DNA of 64,000 bases from Perna viridis (GCA_037379345.1 CM074523.1:30767678-30831677), one strand, 5' to 3'; numbered from the stretch's first letter, positions 14,735 through 28,700 are shown. The notes: generated by a model not told the origin, from the letters alone. Numbers and translations: made by a program.

Positions 14735-16563
14735 TACAATTAATTTATGCTGCAAAATAAAATCCCTTTTAATAGTATATGAACAAATCAATATTATTAG
14801 CTGTCCACCTAAAAATCATGCAAAGTTAGAAGTGATTTATTCAAATAATGCCAGATATTTTCATTTGTGCTGTTATTTCTTTTTAGGCATTGATATATAT
14901 ATATATATATATATTTCATACAGAAGTAATAAAATTATGTGAGTTTTCCAGCAATAAATCCCCCCTGCATAGTTCTTAGGTGGCCATATACTCAATATTT
15001 TTAAGCATGCTGATTCTTTTTTTCACTCTATTTCTAACAATGAAAAAAATTTGCATTATTAAATGAAATACAAGCATAGAATCGGACATTGGATGCTGAC
15101 TTTATTTTGCTTTGTTAAAGATCGACATTTAATGATGCTATTAACAGTATGCATGCACATTGAATTTCATCTTTTGTTCTTGTTTTTTTCCTTTTGAATT
15201 AAGTTATACAATTAATAGAGGAATCATATTAAAGTAACTGGGGAAAATCATATCGGCTTTTCTATAATTCAAAGCTGATCTGTTTCAATTCAATTTTGCT
15301 AATGAGAAAATTTACATATTTAATAGATCACCAGTCCTTGTTGGTAGCTTAATAAATGAGAAATGATGAAAAAAAAATGAACCTAGTTTTCTTATTAATA
15401 TTCACATTTGAAATTCATTTTTTATTCAATTGATTTTTGTAATAAAATCAGTTGGTCACTGAACATTGAAATAATAAACTGACATGTAAAAAATATATCA
15501 AATTTATAGATTTAAATTCAATATTCGTATTTCACCTTTAAATTCACAATTTGTATATTTAAGTTTCATAACTGAGTCAGTTGGTGACAGAAATTGCAAA
15601 TCATATCATTTTTTTTTTCCAAATCAAGTATTTGTTTTCACGTGACAAATGAGATAGATTTACCTAAAGTGGACTTAGATCGATTCTAAGAGCGTTTGCA
15701 TTTCCTTAATTTATTATACACTAGTGACAAACAGCCCAATTTAATCACAGTTTTAAACAGTATCAATGAACAATTTATATCTAAAATCCAACATTTTTAC
15801 ATATCAAATTGGAATTAATTGAAGAAAATTGGAGATAAAACCAGGAATAAATTGAACTTGGCTAATATCCAGACTGAGTTTGGAATGGAATGGAAATTTA
15901 TAGCTTAAGAATTAGACCAAATATTTGTAAACTCTCATAAATGTGATAATTTAGACAAACATAGACAGATTAAATTGAATTAATTACTGTTTGATGTATT
16001 CTCAAATATCAAAGTTAAAATGGTATTTAAAATTATCTCCCTCTAATTTTCTGTAATAAGGACAACAGAGTTATATCCCATTGTTAAGTTGAAGAACATT
16101 TTACAGCATCTTGAAATTGAAGTCTAAATTGCAATTTCATTAATTTAAGCCATAATTTATTCTTATTTCAATTCATTCTTTTTGTAAAATTTAACAGTTG
16201 AAATGAGCAATTGATAAATAACATTGTGTTTTAAATAAAAATATTAAATTTTAGATGTACAAAAAAAAATTTCAATCAGATAGACAATACAAAATATCAT
16301 TTCAGCATTCAAGCTTAAACAACTTGCTGACATCTTCCTAATGAAAATAAATAACATAATTGGTTCAAACTATCCAATAATTCCTTTACTGTATCAGTAT
16401 TTTTGTGGGTGGGTATATTTTTTTGTGTTTCTTCAAAATTTGATTAGTTCATGTGACTTTCAATTCATAGGCTAAAATGTCAATAAAAAAATTTAAATTT
16501 GACCAAATTAAGAAAGCAATGAAAATGATTCACTAGGAACATGAGTTTTCCCATTGTTATCCC

Positions 16564-16569
16564 TTTATT
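16564..16569 (-). terminator. Candidate polyadenylation signal AATAAA
   Basis: tttatt on + strand ~100 bp past the stop; weak evidence in AT-rich DNA. Confidence 0.3.
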
Positions 16570-16670
16570 GCTCTACAAACATTATAGTTTTACATGCTAT
16601 CCATTATTTCTACATTTTTTTCTAGTCTACAAAACAGACGACATAACAGAAAGAAACTATGACAACACAT

Positions 16671-16765
16671 CTATGAAAACACAGTGACAACATGAACCTT
16701 ACCACGACTTGTGGTTGATGCTGCTGATGATACAGAGGCGGAGTCAAGGTAGAAAGAGGTTGGGT
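16671..16765 (-). CDS. Last visible exon: reads to TAG at 16671-16673, or splices out at internal donor after 16703
   Basis: DPTSFYLDSASVSSAASTTSRG|KVHVVTVFS*; acceptor ACAG; internal G|GTAAGG. Confidence 0.65.
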
Positions 16766-19700
16766 CTGTCAGAATGAAGCAAAATGATTGGTTAATATAA
16801 AATCATGTGATTGTTAATACAATGTCATGTGACAAGTTGGAAAACATTTGGAGAAGACATTGGAAAGAAGATAACAATGTAGAAGATGTGTGAACAACAC
16901 CATACATCGCAGAGTGAAGGGAGCAACCATTTTGAATTTTATGAGGGAAGAAAAAAGGAGGAGGGCTAGGAAAAAGTGTTTTATTGTACTTTTTGAACTA
17001 ACCTTTTTTTTTGATCATTTGCACATCCTATATTTTTTCTCAGTATTACTGGGTATCCTGTTATTTTTTTTAATTTCAAGTTCAATATAAGCCCCCCTCC
17101 CCTCCTCCCTCAAGAAAAAAATATAATTTTAAAAAAGATTCAATAGTTGCTCCCTAAATGAAAAAAATAAATTTACATGCAAATGAAAAATTGAATGAAA
17201 TAAATAAAGTAGACCTAAAGATTAGAATTTGTAAATGTGTTACTTACCTTCAACCAGAAGTTGACATGAGGTGGTTGTCTCCCCTTTCTCATTGACTGCT
17301 TTACACATGAAACGGCCTTCGTCTTCAGGGAATATTTCCATTATCAGCAGTTTACATTTATCACCAATGGTGCTGATTTGGAAATCCTAAATATAATAAT
17401 TATAATGATTGCTGATGCTGATTCTGATGATGTAATCACGATTGTAAAATTGGCCTGATTCTATGAGGGGAACTAACAACGGAGAAATTAACAAAACTGA
17501 AAGTAAATGTACACCAAAAAAGGGCAACTTAACAGTGAAATCCTGTAAAGCTGAAGATCATTAGGCCTGATATAATTGACCAAAATTAAGGGGCCACCTC
17601 CCCCTTTAAGATCTGCCTATGATATTTATATACCTGGCTATCCAGAATCTCCTTTCCTTCTCTATACCATGTGATCTGTGGGCGTGGCTGACCTTGAACT
17701 TCACATTCCAAGGTCACATTGTCTCCATCTTTACAGAAGATGTCTGCAAGTTTTTTGGTAAACTTTGGCTGAGAGGAGTCGCTAAAAAATAAATTATATC
17801 TATCAACTCTTTGTAAAACAGAATTAGATCTAATTAGGAAAATTTTTAAACTTTTTTACTTAAGAATTGTTTTTTAAGTATACCAGGTAGTTTTGTTTTA
17901 TTTCGAAATTCTGTTTCTCAACATTTCCCAAAAAAGATACTACCCCTATTGATATTTACCTGCTTGGAGTGGCTTCCATTGATTTGTCTGAAAAGATAGG
18001 TTTAGAGCTGTTAATAAATTTATCAAAGTAGAGAGACCGGGTGAAATATCTTCGTGTATTATAGGATTCATGGCTAATTAAAACATTAAAAATGGCTTTA
18101 TTCTGTGACTATTTTTCATGTGTTAAAATAAGTTGAAAACAATACAAAAACTTGCATTTATATAAAATTCAACCATTTTTAAATATTTGGAAAACAATCT
18201 TCAAGGCTTTCTGATTAAAATACATTGTTGATGTAATAAAATGACCAAATGACTGACCTTTAACGACGAGTTTGGCATCAGTTCTATGAATGTCTCCAGC
18301 CTTAGTTTTAGCCTTACATGTGTAAAGTCCAGCATCTTTAGGGTCAATGTTTCTCAGTTCAAGTTTTTGTGTACCATTTGATTCTTGTCTGACTTCAGAT
18401 TTGTCAGATTTGGGGAGCTGAAAAAAGTTAAGTTTAGTTGGAAACAAAAAATACTGTGAGTAAGCTCACAAAAAGAATACCCTTTTTAGCAGTATAGGGT
18501 GAGTAATACTTACTTTCGGGATCTCCTATCCATATTTACTAAAAATGAAAATGACCCTTACCAATTCAATGAACAAGATAAATAACTTGAATTTACTTCA
18601 GCACAATTAGTGTATATTGCAACAACTAAAAAAGATCTTTTCCATGAGCAATATTTCAATTTATTTCTATAGTTTGATATCAGATCTTAAACATACAAAA
18701 TAATTCTCACCTCTTTTCCGTCTTTTTCCCACCATACTTTCTCGAGGCTGTCATCAATGACACAGACAAACTGTATATCATCCGTAGGGTACACTTCTAC
18801 AACTGATTCTAACTCAACCACAAACTTAGGTGGGAATTTCCTAGAATTATACATATCATGTTTACATAAGTAAACATCTATATACACGGGTGGAAATTTC
18901 CTATAAAGCATTAATACCAGATTAGCAAACATAATGTAAATATGTAGAAACTTAGAAATTTTTTTTCAGAAAAGATCATTTTAAATGATGAGTAAAACTG
19001 TTTAACTGTTTCAGATAGTAAACTAAAGACTAGCGCAAGTATAAACAAAGCTTTTTGTCATAACAAAAGAAGTGGAAAACCAAAATTGCAAATGTACTGT
19101 ATAGTGTGAAATTAGTGGGGGTGCAAATTTAGGCGTATTTAAGCAGTCTGTCTTAAAACACCCAAATGAATTCCACGAAATATTTACTCTGGGCTTAGGT
19201 ACCTAGAGCAAAACAAAGCATCCGCCAAAATTTGAATCGCCAAAATTTTGGGATACTGGCAAAATTGCCAAATATGGTATTTCAGAAAGTGTGCAGATTT
19301 TAGAAAGGGAGGGTTCCAAACTATTATTGGTATTTTTTGCCATAACTAGTGGATGTAATTTACAAAACTTTCCAAGAAAACAGGAAAAGAGCGCACAGAA
19401 TCAACGCATTAAACTTACTTTTGTTTGCCTGGTTTATCTGTAGAGAGGGACACAAGTTCCGATTTTTCTGAAATTCAAAATACACCTGATAAAAAACCTT
19501 TCTAAATACATGTATATATGTTTACAAACGAAACATTTGCCATCAAATCAGATTATGGAATATGTATAAACTAAAACATAACTGAGTAAAACCAATGTGA
19601 ATTCATCAAATATATCAAAAAGAGCTCTAGAAATAATCTATATTTACTAGTAATCAACAAAGTATATTAAAATTCTACAAGTAAGGCACACTTTCACAAA

Positions 19701-22700
19701 AATAAGTCTTACGCTTTACACTAAGACACTATTGTGCTAATTATTATTGCAATTTTATCTTCTGCAATATTTCCAGAAAAATGCATTTTTCAAAATATGA
19801 TTTTTTTATTTATTGGGATTTTTACTCTTGCATTTTTTTGCAATGATAAAAGTATTGCAATAAAGCAGTGCAATAGTTTCCAAATTTAATCCATAGATAT
19901 GTATATTTTTCCCCTTTTATGTAGTTCAACATTAAACTTTGACTCTTGACCTTAAACAAACTTTATCTTAATGTAGCCTACCATAAGATAAATCATCGTC
20001 ATCTACATCTTCTGGTGCTAAAATAAAAATAAAATTATCTACATCATGCATTATTTTGACTAAATATAATTTTAAAAATGTGTTTTGGTGTCTACATAAG
20101 AATTAGTTAAATATTAATTTGTAAGTGTTACTGCTCCATGCAATTATTTGTGTTTTAATTAAAATTTAAAAAATATTCTAAAAATACTTATGAATATTCA
20201 TGTGCAAAATGAAGTCTATTCATGCTAAAAGTGATGTTATAAATATAATATTTAATATTAATAATATGGTTAAATATTCTAAACAATATAAATGTAAATG
20301 TTGAAAAAAGTAAATAAATATGAAATAAAAAGGAAATGAGCCAGAAAACCCCTGAATTGGCCCTGAAATTGAAAATGTTCAAATATCATGCAATCATACT
20401 ATTTTTCAGTCATTTGATAGTAATAAGTTGCTTTATAATTGAAGGAGACATGTTTCAAAAATCATGTATTAAAAATTAATCACAAAGATATTATTTGAAA
20501 TTTTTGTATTTCTAATTTATCAGGGCCAATTCAGGTAATTCTTGGCTCTACTTCCTTGTTGATTAGTTTCCATGGTTACCTCTGAGTGTAAGTTTACACT
20601 GAGTCTCTGCTGAGCCAACCTCATTGCTGGCAACACACTTGTATGTTCCTTTGTCTGATGGCTCAGTGTCGTAGATCTCAAGAACGTACTCTCCATCTTC
20701 ATAGAAGATTTCTACATGGTCTAGAATGGAAAATTTACAATTAGAAACTATTAAAAAAGCCATGACATTCAGTAAAAACATCATTGTATAATTTAAAGTT
20801 CTCTGAGATAAAAAGTTCACAATTTCAAAGTGCATTCTTATGAAAGATATTTGACAATTTTGAATCAAATCAAATTCGAATATCCATCTTCCCATGAAAT
20901 AAACCTTACAGAAAAAAATTGCAATGTACATAACTAGGTACCATTTTTAAGGATTTTTTTTTCAATTATCCTTATTTTGCAACAGTTATTACCTTAACAC
21001 TTCTTTTCCAATTTAATCCAATAAAAATAGGTGAGACATAAATGGCTGAATTTTGTTAAAATGGAAGTAGATGCCTGACAGGCCTGAAATCAGATCCCAT
21101 GATATGGGACTAGTACCTGATGTTGGATACCTAATATCAGGAGGCTACAATTAGTAGTTGATGGGAAAAGTGTCATGAAAATAATTTCCCGGCCTACCTG
21201 TAGCCCACCCACCCACTAGCCCAACATTCACCATACCATAACCAGATTTTCACATGTACAATTCAGCCAAAGATCTCTTTAAGAAATCTTACCAGAATTA
21301 ATCAATCTTTTGCCATCCTTGAACCATTGAATATGAGCCTCAGGTTGTGCCTCAATCACTACAGACAATGTTGCTATACTTCCTGTTCTACAGGTAATGT
21401 CCTCAAGTCCTTCAACAAATCTTGGGGATTTTTTTGCCTCCTTTTTACTTCTCTGTGGGGGAGCTGCTGCCCCACCCATCATTGGTGGGATTGACATCAT
21501 AGGAATATCCATTGAAGGAATTCCTTTGTATTTTCCCTCAAAGTCATGAGATTGGAATTTTTGTGTAACTTTTGTCATTTGTGATTGTTTTGTTTTTATG
21601 AGAGTTATGTCCCCTTCGACATAGCAGTCGTACTGGACATTCATTCCTTCCATTACGTCCATGGAGGCTGGCAAATGCTTGATGAAGAATGGAGCTGGAA
21701 TAAGAGAAAATAGTCATGTTAGCTCAAATGGTTTTTGTCTTAGGTTTTTATCCCTGAACTTTCTTACAAGTTTATATTTAGTTATCCATTAAAGAAAATT
21801 TACATCAATAATTTTACTAAAGCAGAGTTTAAAACTTGTCTGTTGTATTTTCTTCCTGAACAATAAAACATAGCAAAGAGTCAGCTAGGTAGAGCAACAA
21901 AAATACAAGAATGAAATTCCTGCAATATCAAAAATAGTCAATTTATACTTAGTTACCCCTTAAAGAAAATATGAAGAGAAAGATGGAGTAAATATTTGTA
22001 TTAAAAAAGATTTAAATAATTTAACATTTGATCTTCTTAACTTTTTCTGATTAAACAAAGAACGAAGAAAAAAATGGCTGCAAAACATTGGTTTCAATGT
22101 TACAAGTACTACATAAAAAGAACAAGTGAAGTTAATTTTATAAGCTACCTATGTGAATACATCCTAGCTATCCCGTTATTTTGATTTAAGCTATTATTCT
22201 AGAGTGTTTACTTTATTAAAGTTGGTAATCAGGGCTAGATCCAGACACTTTGAAAAGAGGGGGTTGCCATCCAAGGTTTCTTGGAAAAGGGGGGTGCTAG
22301 GATATCATTTCACAGTTTTTGCCAATTTAACAAATGAAAATGACAAATTTTTCAATAAAAAGGGGGGGGGGTTCCCACCTTCTGTACCCCTGTCTGGATC
22401 CACCACTGGTAATGTTTTACATGCAATACTTGTGAAGAGAATAGTGCCCTTTCAGTAGTAGCTACAGTTACTATTTGCCCTTTATTTACAATTACAGGAT
22501 ATTTTTCTACAAGCATGCAAGTTGAAGAAAATGTGTACCATAGCCTTGGTTTTCATGGAAATCTCCTGAAACAGAATTGTATTAAGACAAGATAAGTAAT
22601 ACAAACAAGATAAGAAATGTTAGTTCAATGAAAGAAATGAAATTTGTAATAGGAACAAAGAAAAATGTCACTGTTAGTTTGCTGACTCAAAAATATAAAA

Positions 22701-25700
22701 TACAAAAGGACATAAAATGGTTGAATGAAATAAGTAGATAAAAATTATATGAGATAAAACAAACTGGGTGAGAAATCAAAAGAAATAATATTAGGCCATT
22801 CAAAGTTAATTTCTTGACTCTTGGACTATTTTTCTTTGAATCAATGATGAAAAAATGGGAGGAGGCATTTTAGCCACTTTTCTATTGCAAAAATTTCCAT
22901 GTGGCAATGAAAATAAGCCATATACAACCTTTTAAGGAGTAAAGAGAGCCCAAGAATCAATAAATTACTTTCAGTTGGCCTGGATCACACAAGAAGGGGA
23001 GATAATTGTTTTTTAAACCCATAAAATATGGGGAGATAACTCACCTGCTGCTTTGAGTGCTTCATCTGTTGGTACTTCCTCTCTACAAATAACAATAAAT
23101 ATTTTTGAGCATACAGAAATTATAAAGTCCTCAAGGAGCTGACAGGCTAAATTTTATTTCATAAAAGGTCATTATTTTTTTCATATTCATTGGAAAACCA
23201 TATACAAGCACATAAATCTGACCAATTATTTGGTAAAATTCAAGTGAAAAATGATAAGATATGTTTGTTGGTAAAATTAGCCCTTCTTATTTCAGTGAAA
23301 ATTGAAGTTTAAAGATTTTGTGAGTTTATATTGCACAGGCATCACAATTTAAAAAAAAAAATAATGCATTCTAACAAACCCCAACATAATAAGCATAGAT
23401 TATCTTCAACACAAATTCAGCCTGTTTACACTAAACAACCATGTTTACAAATTCAGACCAGTATAGGACAAAAAATACCCATAAGTGTGCCTTATTCTTT
23501 AATTACAAAGATTGTGAATATGCATTACATTACATACATATGATGAATATTTATCTTCTGATGTTATTCTTCAATGTTTGACCTTTAACCTATACATACC
23601 TGGTGTATTTGGACTTCCTGTTGACCTTGACAACACATTTTGCCTCAGAAACACCTAGAGCATTAGATGCACGGGCAGTATACTCTCCTGAATCGGAGCT
23701 CATCACCTCCTGAAGTTCAAGGGTGTGGTTGCCTTGGAAGGACAAGGCTTTGTGTCTGTAATCATATTTCAGGTCCCTAACTCCTTTGTGCCAAGTTACT
23801 AAAAATTCAATAATGAAAATCAGTTTATAGAAACTGTATGATATACAATCCTATCAAAGTCATATTAGTGATTTCAAAGACACAATGATCCTTTAAGGTC
23901 AAAGGTCTCCAAAAAAACAAGATTTTTAAACCAAAATTTCTGAACATTATTGGTGTACATATTCCCTAATAGTGAAACTTCTACTTCTGCCAGTGATAAA
24001 AACAAGCTCCTTCAAAAAAAAAATAAATTGAAAGATTTTTTTTTAATTAAAAGCATTTTTTAGTATACTCACAGTATGGTTTAGGATATCCTTCTACAGA
24101 ACATTCAAGATGTAGCTTATCACTCTCATCAAGTTCAATGACCTTTGGAAGGGTCAAGGTGAAATGAGGTGGGCGACCTCCAGGGATATCTACTGGTTTC
24201 TTCCTGTCATAACTACGTTCCAGTCTGGTTGCCATGGAGAATTCCTCCTCTTCTGAGAAAGTTGGTGTTGATGGTGGTGATTTTGACTTGGATCGAGCTG
24301 AAAAGATGCCATGAAAATTGAAAACATCAACATTATCTCTGTTAAAAATTTACCATTATTAAAAAAGATCTTAAAACATGACTGGTAAAGCTGCATTTGG
24401 ATAGTTTATACTTAAATTTGAAAGAGAGAGACAGAAATTAAAAATCATTTTCAGTAAGGATGAATTTATACTGACCTTTGACCCTAAGGCTTGCAGAGCA
24501 CCTGGTGTGTCCCATTGAGTTTTGAGCTATACAGGTATAGAGTCCTGAGTCACTGACTCGTGGACTACGGATGACTAACTCAGCCCCACCATCACTGTCT
24601 GAACCAATGTACATACGTCTGGAGTCAAGGATTGTAGTTCCATCTTTTTGCCTGTAATTAAAAAAATTAAAAGTTAAATTTTCAAAAAAAATTTTTTTTT
24701 TTTTCATTCTTTACATTTGAATTGAAAACTAGAGTTTTTCCATTAAAAGCCATTTAACTGATAATAATAAATTCTTAAGGGATTTTCATTAAAGGATTGA
24801 ATGCTAGTATAAATATTGCCTTTGCTAGATATTTGTCACTTAAAATAAAAATATGTAGGTTTCCATCATAATAGAAAAAAGCTTTTCATTATTATGTGAA
24901 TTTTTTTTCTTTCACAAAAATCAAAATCTCATTTTGATAAATAATATTAAAATAGCAATTTTCAATGACTACAATAGTTTTGATCTTTTATTATGAAATA
25001 CATTTATTTTACCAGCCCTTTAAAAGCCTTTTTAAAACGTACCATCTGAAGGAAGGCATAGGTTTGCCAACAGCTTTACAGCTGAAGGTGACTTCATCTC
25101 CAGCCATTACAATAATGTCATGTAATGGCTCGACAAATTCAGGTCGCTTGCTGGCTGGTTCTATAGCAAGTTCCTTCTCAGCAGCTGTAATGAGTTTATA
25201 AAATGATTACAAGATTCTCAATGCATTTAGGCCTAAATAAAAAAAATGTAAATTCTGAAATGGCAGAAAAACCTAAAAAAAAATCTTACTTAATTTCATG
25301 TCCATTAGTATACTGTAAACTGAAAAAAAATTTCTGCGAGGGATTTTTATCAAAGTTTTCTGCACCATTCAAAATTTGCAGTGTTAAAATTGCAATCATC
25401 ATTCACATGACATCAAAACCTACTTTTATGAAAATATTTACTATTTTTTCTTCTTACAGAACTTGCCACTTATATAGTGAAAAAATAACTGCCAGGAATA
25501 TTTTCTGGTTTATAGTTAACATACATACCAACAACTTCAAGTGTTGCTGAGCAAGTAGCCTCCCCTTCACTATTGACAGCCTTACAGGTGAATGTTCCCA
25601 TGTCACGTTCGGTAACGTCTGGTATCTCCAAAGACAACAGACCATACTTGTTCTGTAACAAAAGAAGATGAATATCATTTAATTTCACACTTCTATTTAC

Positions 25701-28700
25701 TGTGAATTACTTGCTACTTCAATGTTGGCACTTGAAAGTAAAATTTAGAGGGGGCAGAGTATATCAGATCCTTAACTTCCAATCTATTATTTTTAAATTT
25801 TAAGCTCCCTTCGACAGTTTCAAACAGACTTGATAAAGAATACAGAAAAAACACCTACTCTGACAATGTAACGTGATTCCTTTGTAACATCACGCCCATC
25901 TCTGTACCATGTGATCTTTGGATTTGGTATTCCAGTCACAGTACAGGTAAAGGTCATACTCTTTCCAACTGGTATAGTCTTGTCTCTGAGTTTGGCAGTA
26001 AAATTAGGTTCAGTCTCAATTTTGAATCTTCTCACTGGTGCTTCAGTGGTATCAGCTATGGTAGGTCTGATTGGCTGGAATGTTGCTGGTAAGGGGAATG
26101 AGTCTGTCTCATCCTCCTTAGATGCAACTATAATATAGAAATGAGTAAATGAGTAATTTCCTTCTAATTTTGTCATTTGTGAAAGAGAAAAAATATTAAA
26201 TTAAAACTTTTCTACAAATACTTGAATTAAAGGACAGATAATTGAGCAGTGACTATCAGTGAAATCATTAACTGAAACTTGCAAAAAATGCACCATATTC
26301 AAGATCTGTGATCCTGAAGTTTTTTAAGACAAGGGAGTAACTAAAGTTTTCACCTTGAACTCTGAGGATGGCTTCAGTGGTGGTAGCTCCAACAACATTG
26401 ACAGCTCTACACATGTATCTTCCACTATCTTGGTGGTAAGTGTCATTAATGGTCAAAACATGGAGGTCACCTTCAGTAGTGACCTTGAAATGTCTGCCAG
26501 AGTACAAAGGTCTTCTTTCCTTGTACCATTCGATTTCTGGTTCAGGGAATCCTTTGACCTTGACCTCTAACCTGACAGAGCTGCCCTCTACAATTGTAGT
26601 GTCTTCCAGTCCTTTGATGAATTTTGGTGGTACTGCACCTTCTGGGATGGTTTCTAAACAAGATAAATGATCAATGTCTTAAGCTTGTGGAATATAATAT
26701 CTATTTGGGACAATAATTGTCAATATAAATGTAATAGCCCTATATTATTAAATCAAAACATTACAGTTTTCTTTTCTTAAAAATATGTTAGCAAAACATT
26801 CATTTAAGTGATTGCCTAAAAATGTTAAACCTGAATTTTCAGTGACATCTGCTCACTTACCTACAACCTTCACATCACATGAGCACATGGTACTGCCGTA
26901 GGGGTTGACAGCCTCACACTGCCATTGTCCGGCGTCTTGTGGTGCCACCTCATGGATAATGAGGCGGTATACACCCTTCATGTGCTCAAGGTCATACCTT
27001 TCTGATGATTTGATGACCTTACCATTGTGGTACCATGTGACTTCTGGTTCTGGGCGACATGTTACTAAAAATTGAAACATACTTTAACTAACAGTATCTA
27101 CAAGTATTTCATTTGAGAGTTTTGAAGTTTTTACTATCATAAATGGGAATGACAATGTTAGCAGACACCTTTTAAATTATTAGCCTATCCATTTATAACA
27201 ATTTCAATCTGAATCATACAATTTAGAATTCAAAATGTTGGTCAACTGTCACTCACTGTAAAGTGCTGTGTCTTAACTGTGACAGTCAGTTTCAGTGTTT
27301 CACCAACAGAAAGGAGGTAGACTCTGAAGAACTGTGTCTTACCTGTGACAGTCAGTTCCAGTGTTTCACCAACACGTTTGACTTGGTCAATCAGGGGTAA
27401 TGTGAATGCTGGAGGTACATTGCTATCCAACATAGCTGTGTCATAGTCATGTTTAGCATGCCTGAAAATAAGTGAACAAGTATAATACAAGATGTAAAAG
27501 GATTTAAAAAAGAGTTAAAACATAATTTTTCATCATTTATGAACAAGAGAAAGAAATTGAAAAACTGGTTACCAATTTCTGTGTTTTTTGGTCAAACAAT
27601 GAATTCACTTTACCCAGGAAATGTCAAATTTCAATTTTAGAAAGGAATGGTCTAATGAAATCCATAAATTCAGGAATTCACAAAAAAAAAAAAATAATAA
27701 CTTAACGATACATCAACCCTGTCAGTGTTAATCTGAGAAAATATTGTCTCTTATTGGACACTTATCCAACCGGTGCACCTGGTCCATGCTCCCAGTTTTC
27801 TGTTGAGTCTGATTGCTCATTTACTTATGTTTATTTGTTCATATCATTTTGATTATATCATGTTCCTTGTTGTGTGTGTCTGCTTTCCCTGTCTATCTTT
27901 ATCCTTAGATTATATTTTTTTTACTTCTGCTCGAATCTTGGTTCCCTTGATTATTCTATTGTTGTTGGTTCCCTTGATTACTCTTTTGTTGTTGGTTCCC
28001 TTGATTACTCTTTTGTTGTTGGTTCCCCTGATTACTCTTTTGTTGTTGGCTCCCTTGATTACTCTTTTGTGGTTGGTTCCCCTGATTACTCTTTTGTTGT
28101 TGGTTCCCTTGTTTACTCTTTTGTTGTTGGTGCCCTTGATTACTCTTTTGTTGTTAGTTTTCTTGATTACTCTTTTGTTGTTAGTTTCCTTGATTACTCT
28201 TTTGTTGTTAGTTTCCTTGATTACTCTTTTGTTGGTCATTAACTTATTCATATAATTTATGACAATTTGTCCTTAATGGAATATACACTTACTGTAATTT
28301 AGCCATAGCTTCATCAGCAAGTTTCTTTCTCCTTCTCCTGTGTTTCCTCTCTATAATAAGAAAAGCAAACATTATCAATAAGGATATGGAAATACAGTTC
28401 CCTCTTTTTTAATTTGTATCTATTTTTGTAAAACGGACAAACAGAAATGGACCTCACATATCTAACCACTTTTTTTAGCTATTCTAAGATCATTAATGGC
28501 GGCAAGGAAACAAAACATTTAAGCAAATAATAGAGATGGACTGATTGAATGACATCCCTCAGTTGCTTTTTTCAGCATTGGGACAATAATAGCAAAGACT
28601 TGACCATGTCCCTATATTGCTTCACTGTATGGAACAACAATAGTAAAGACTTACCATCAACAGTAAGCTTTCCAGTTGTTGACACATCACCAAATTCATT

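Noticed and set aside
14893-14913. (TA)n microsatellites and poly-A/T runs (also ~30175-30199)
   Set aside because: Ordinary low-complexity sequence
1-16560. Short ORFs (e.g. 3207, 4632, 12550, 14606) as exons or genes
   Set aside because: F/L/I/K-rich composition typical of random AT-rich or MITE sequence; no domain motifs or consistent splice sites found by eye, though microexons could be missed
27773-28255. Leu-rich 160-aa ORF and overlapping repetitive ORFs
   Set aside because: Translation of the 27-bp minisatellite; open in several frames on both strands
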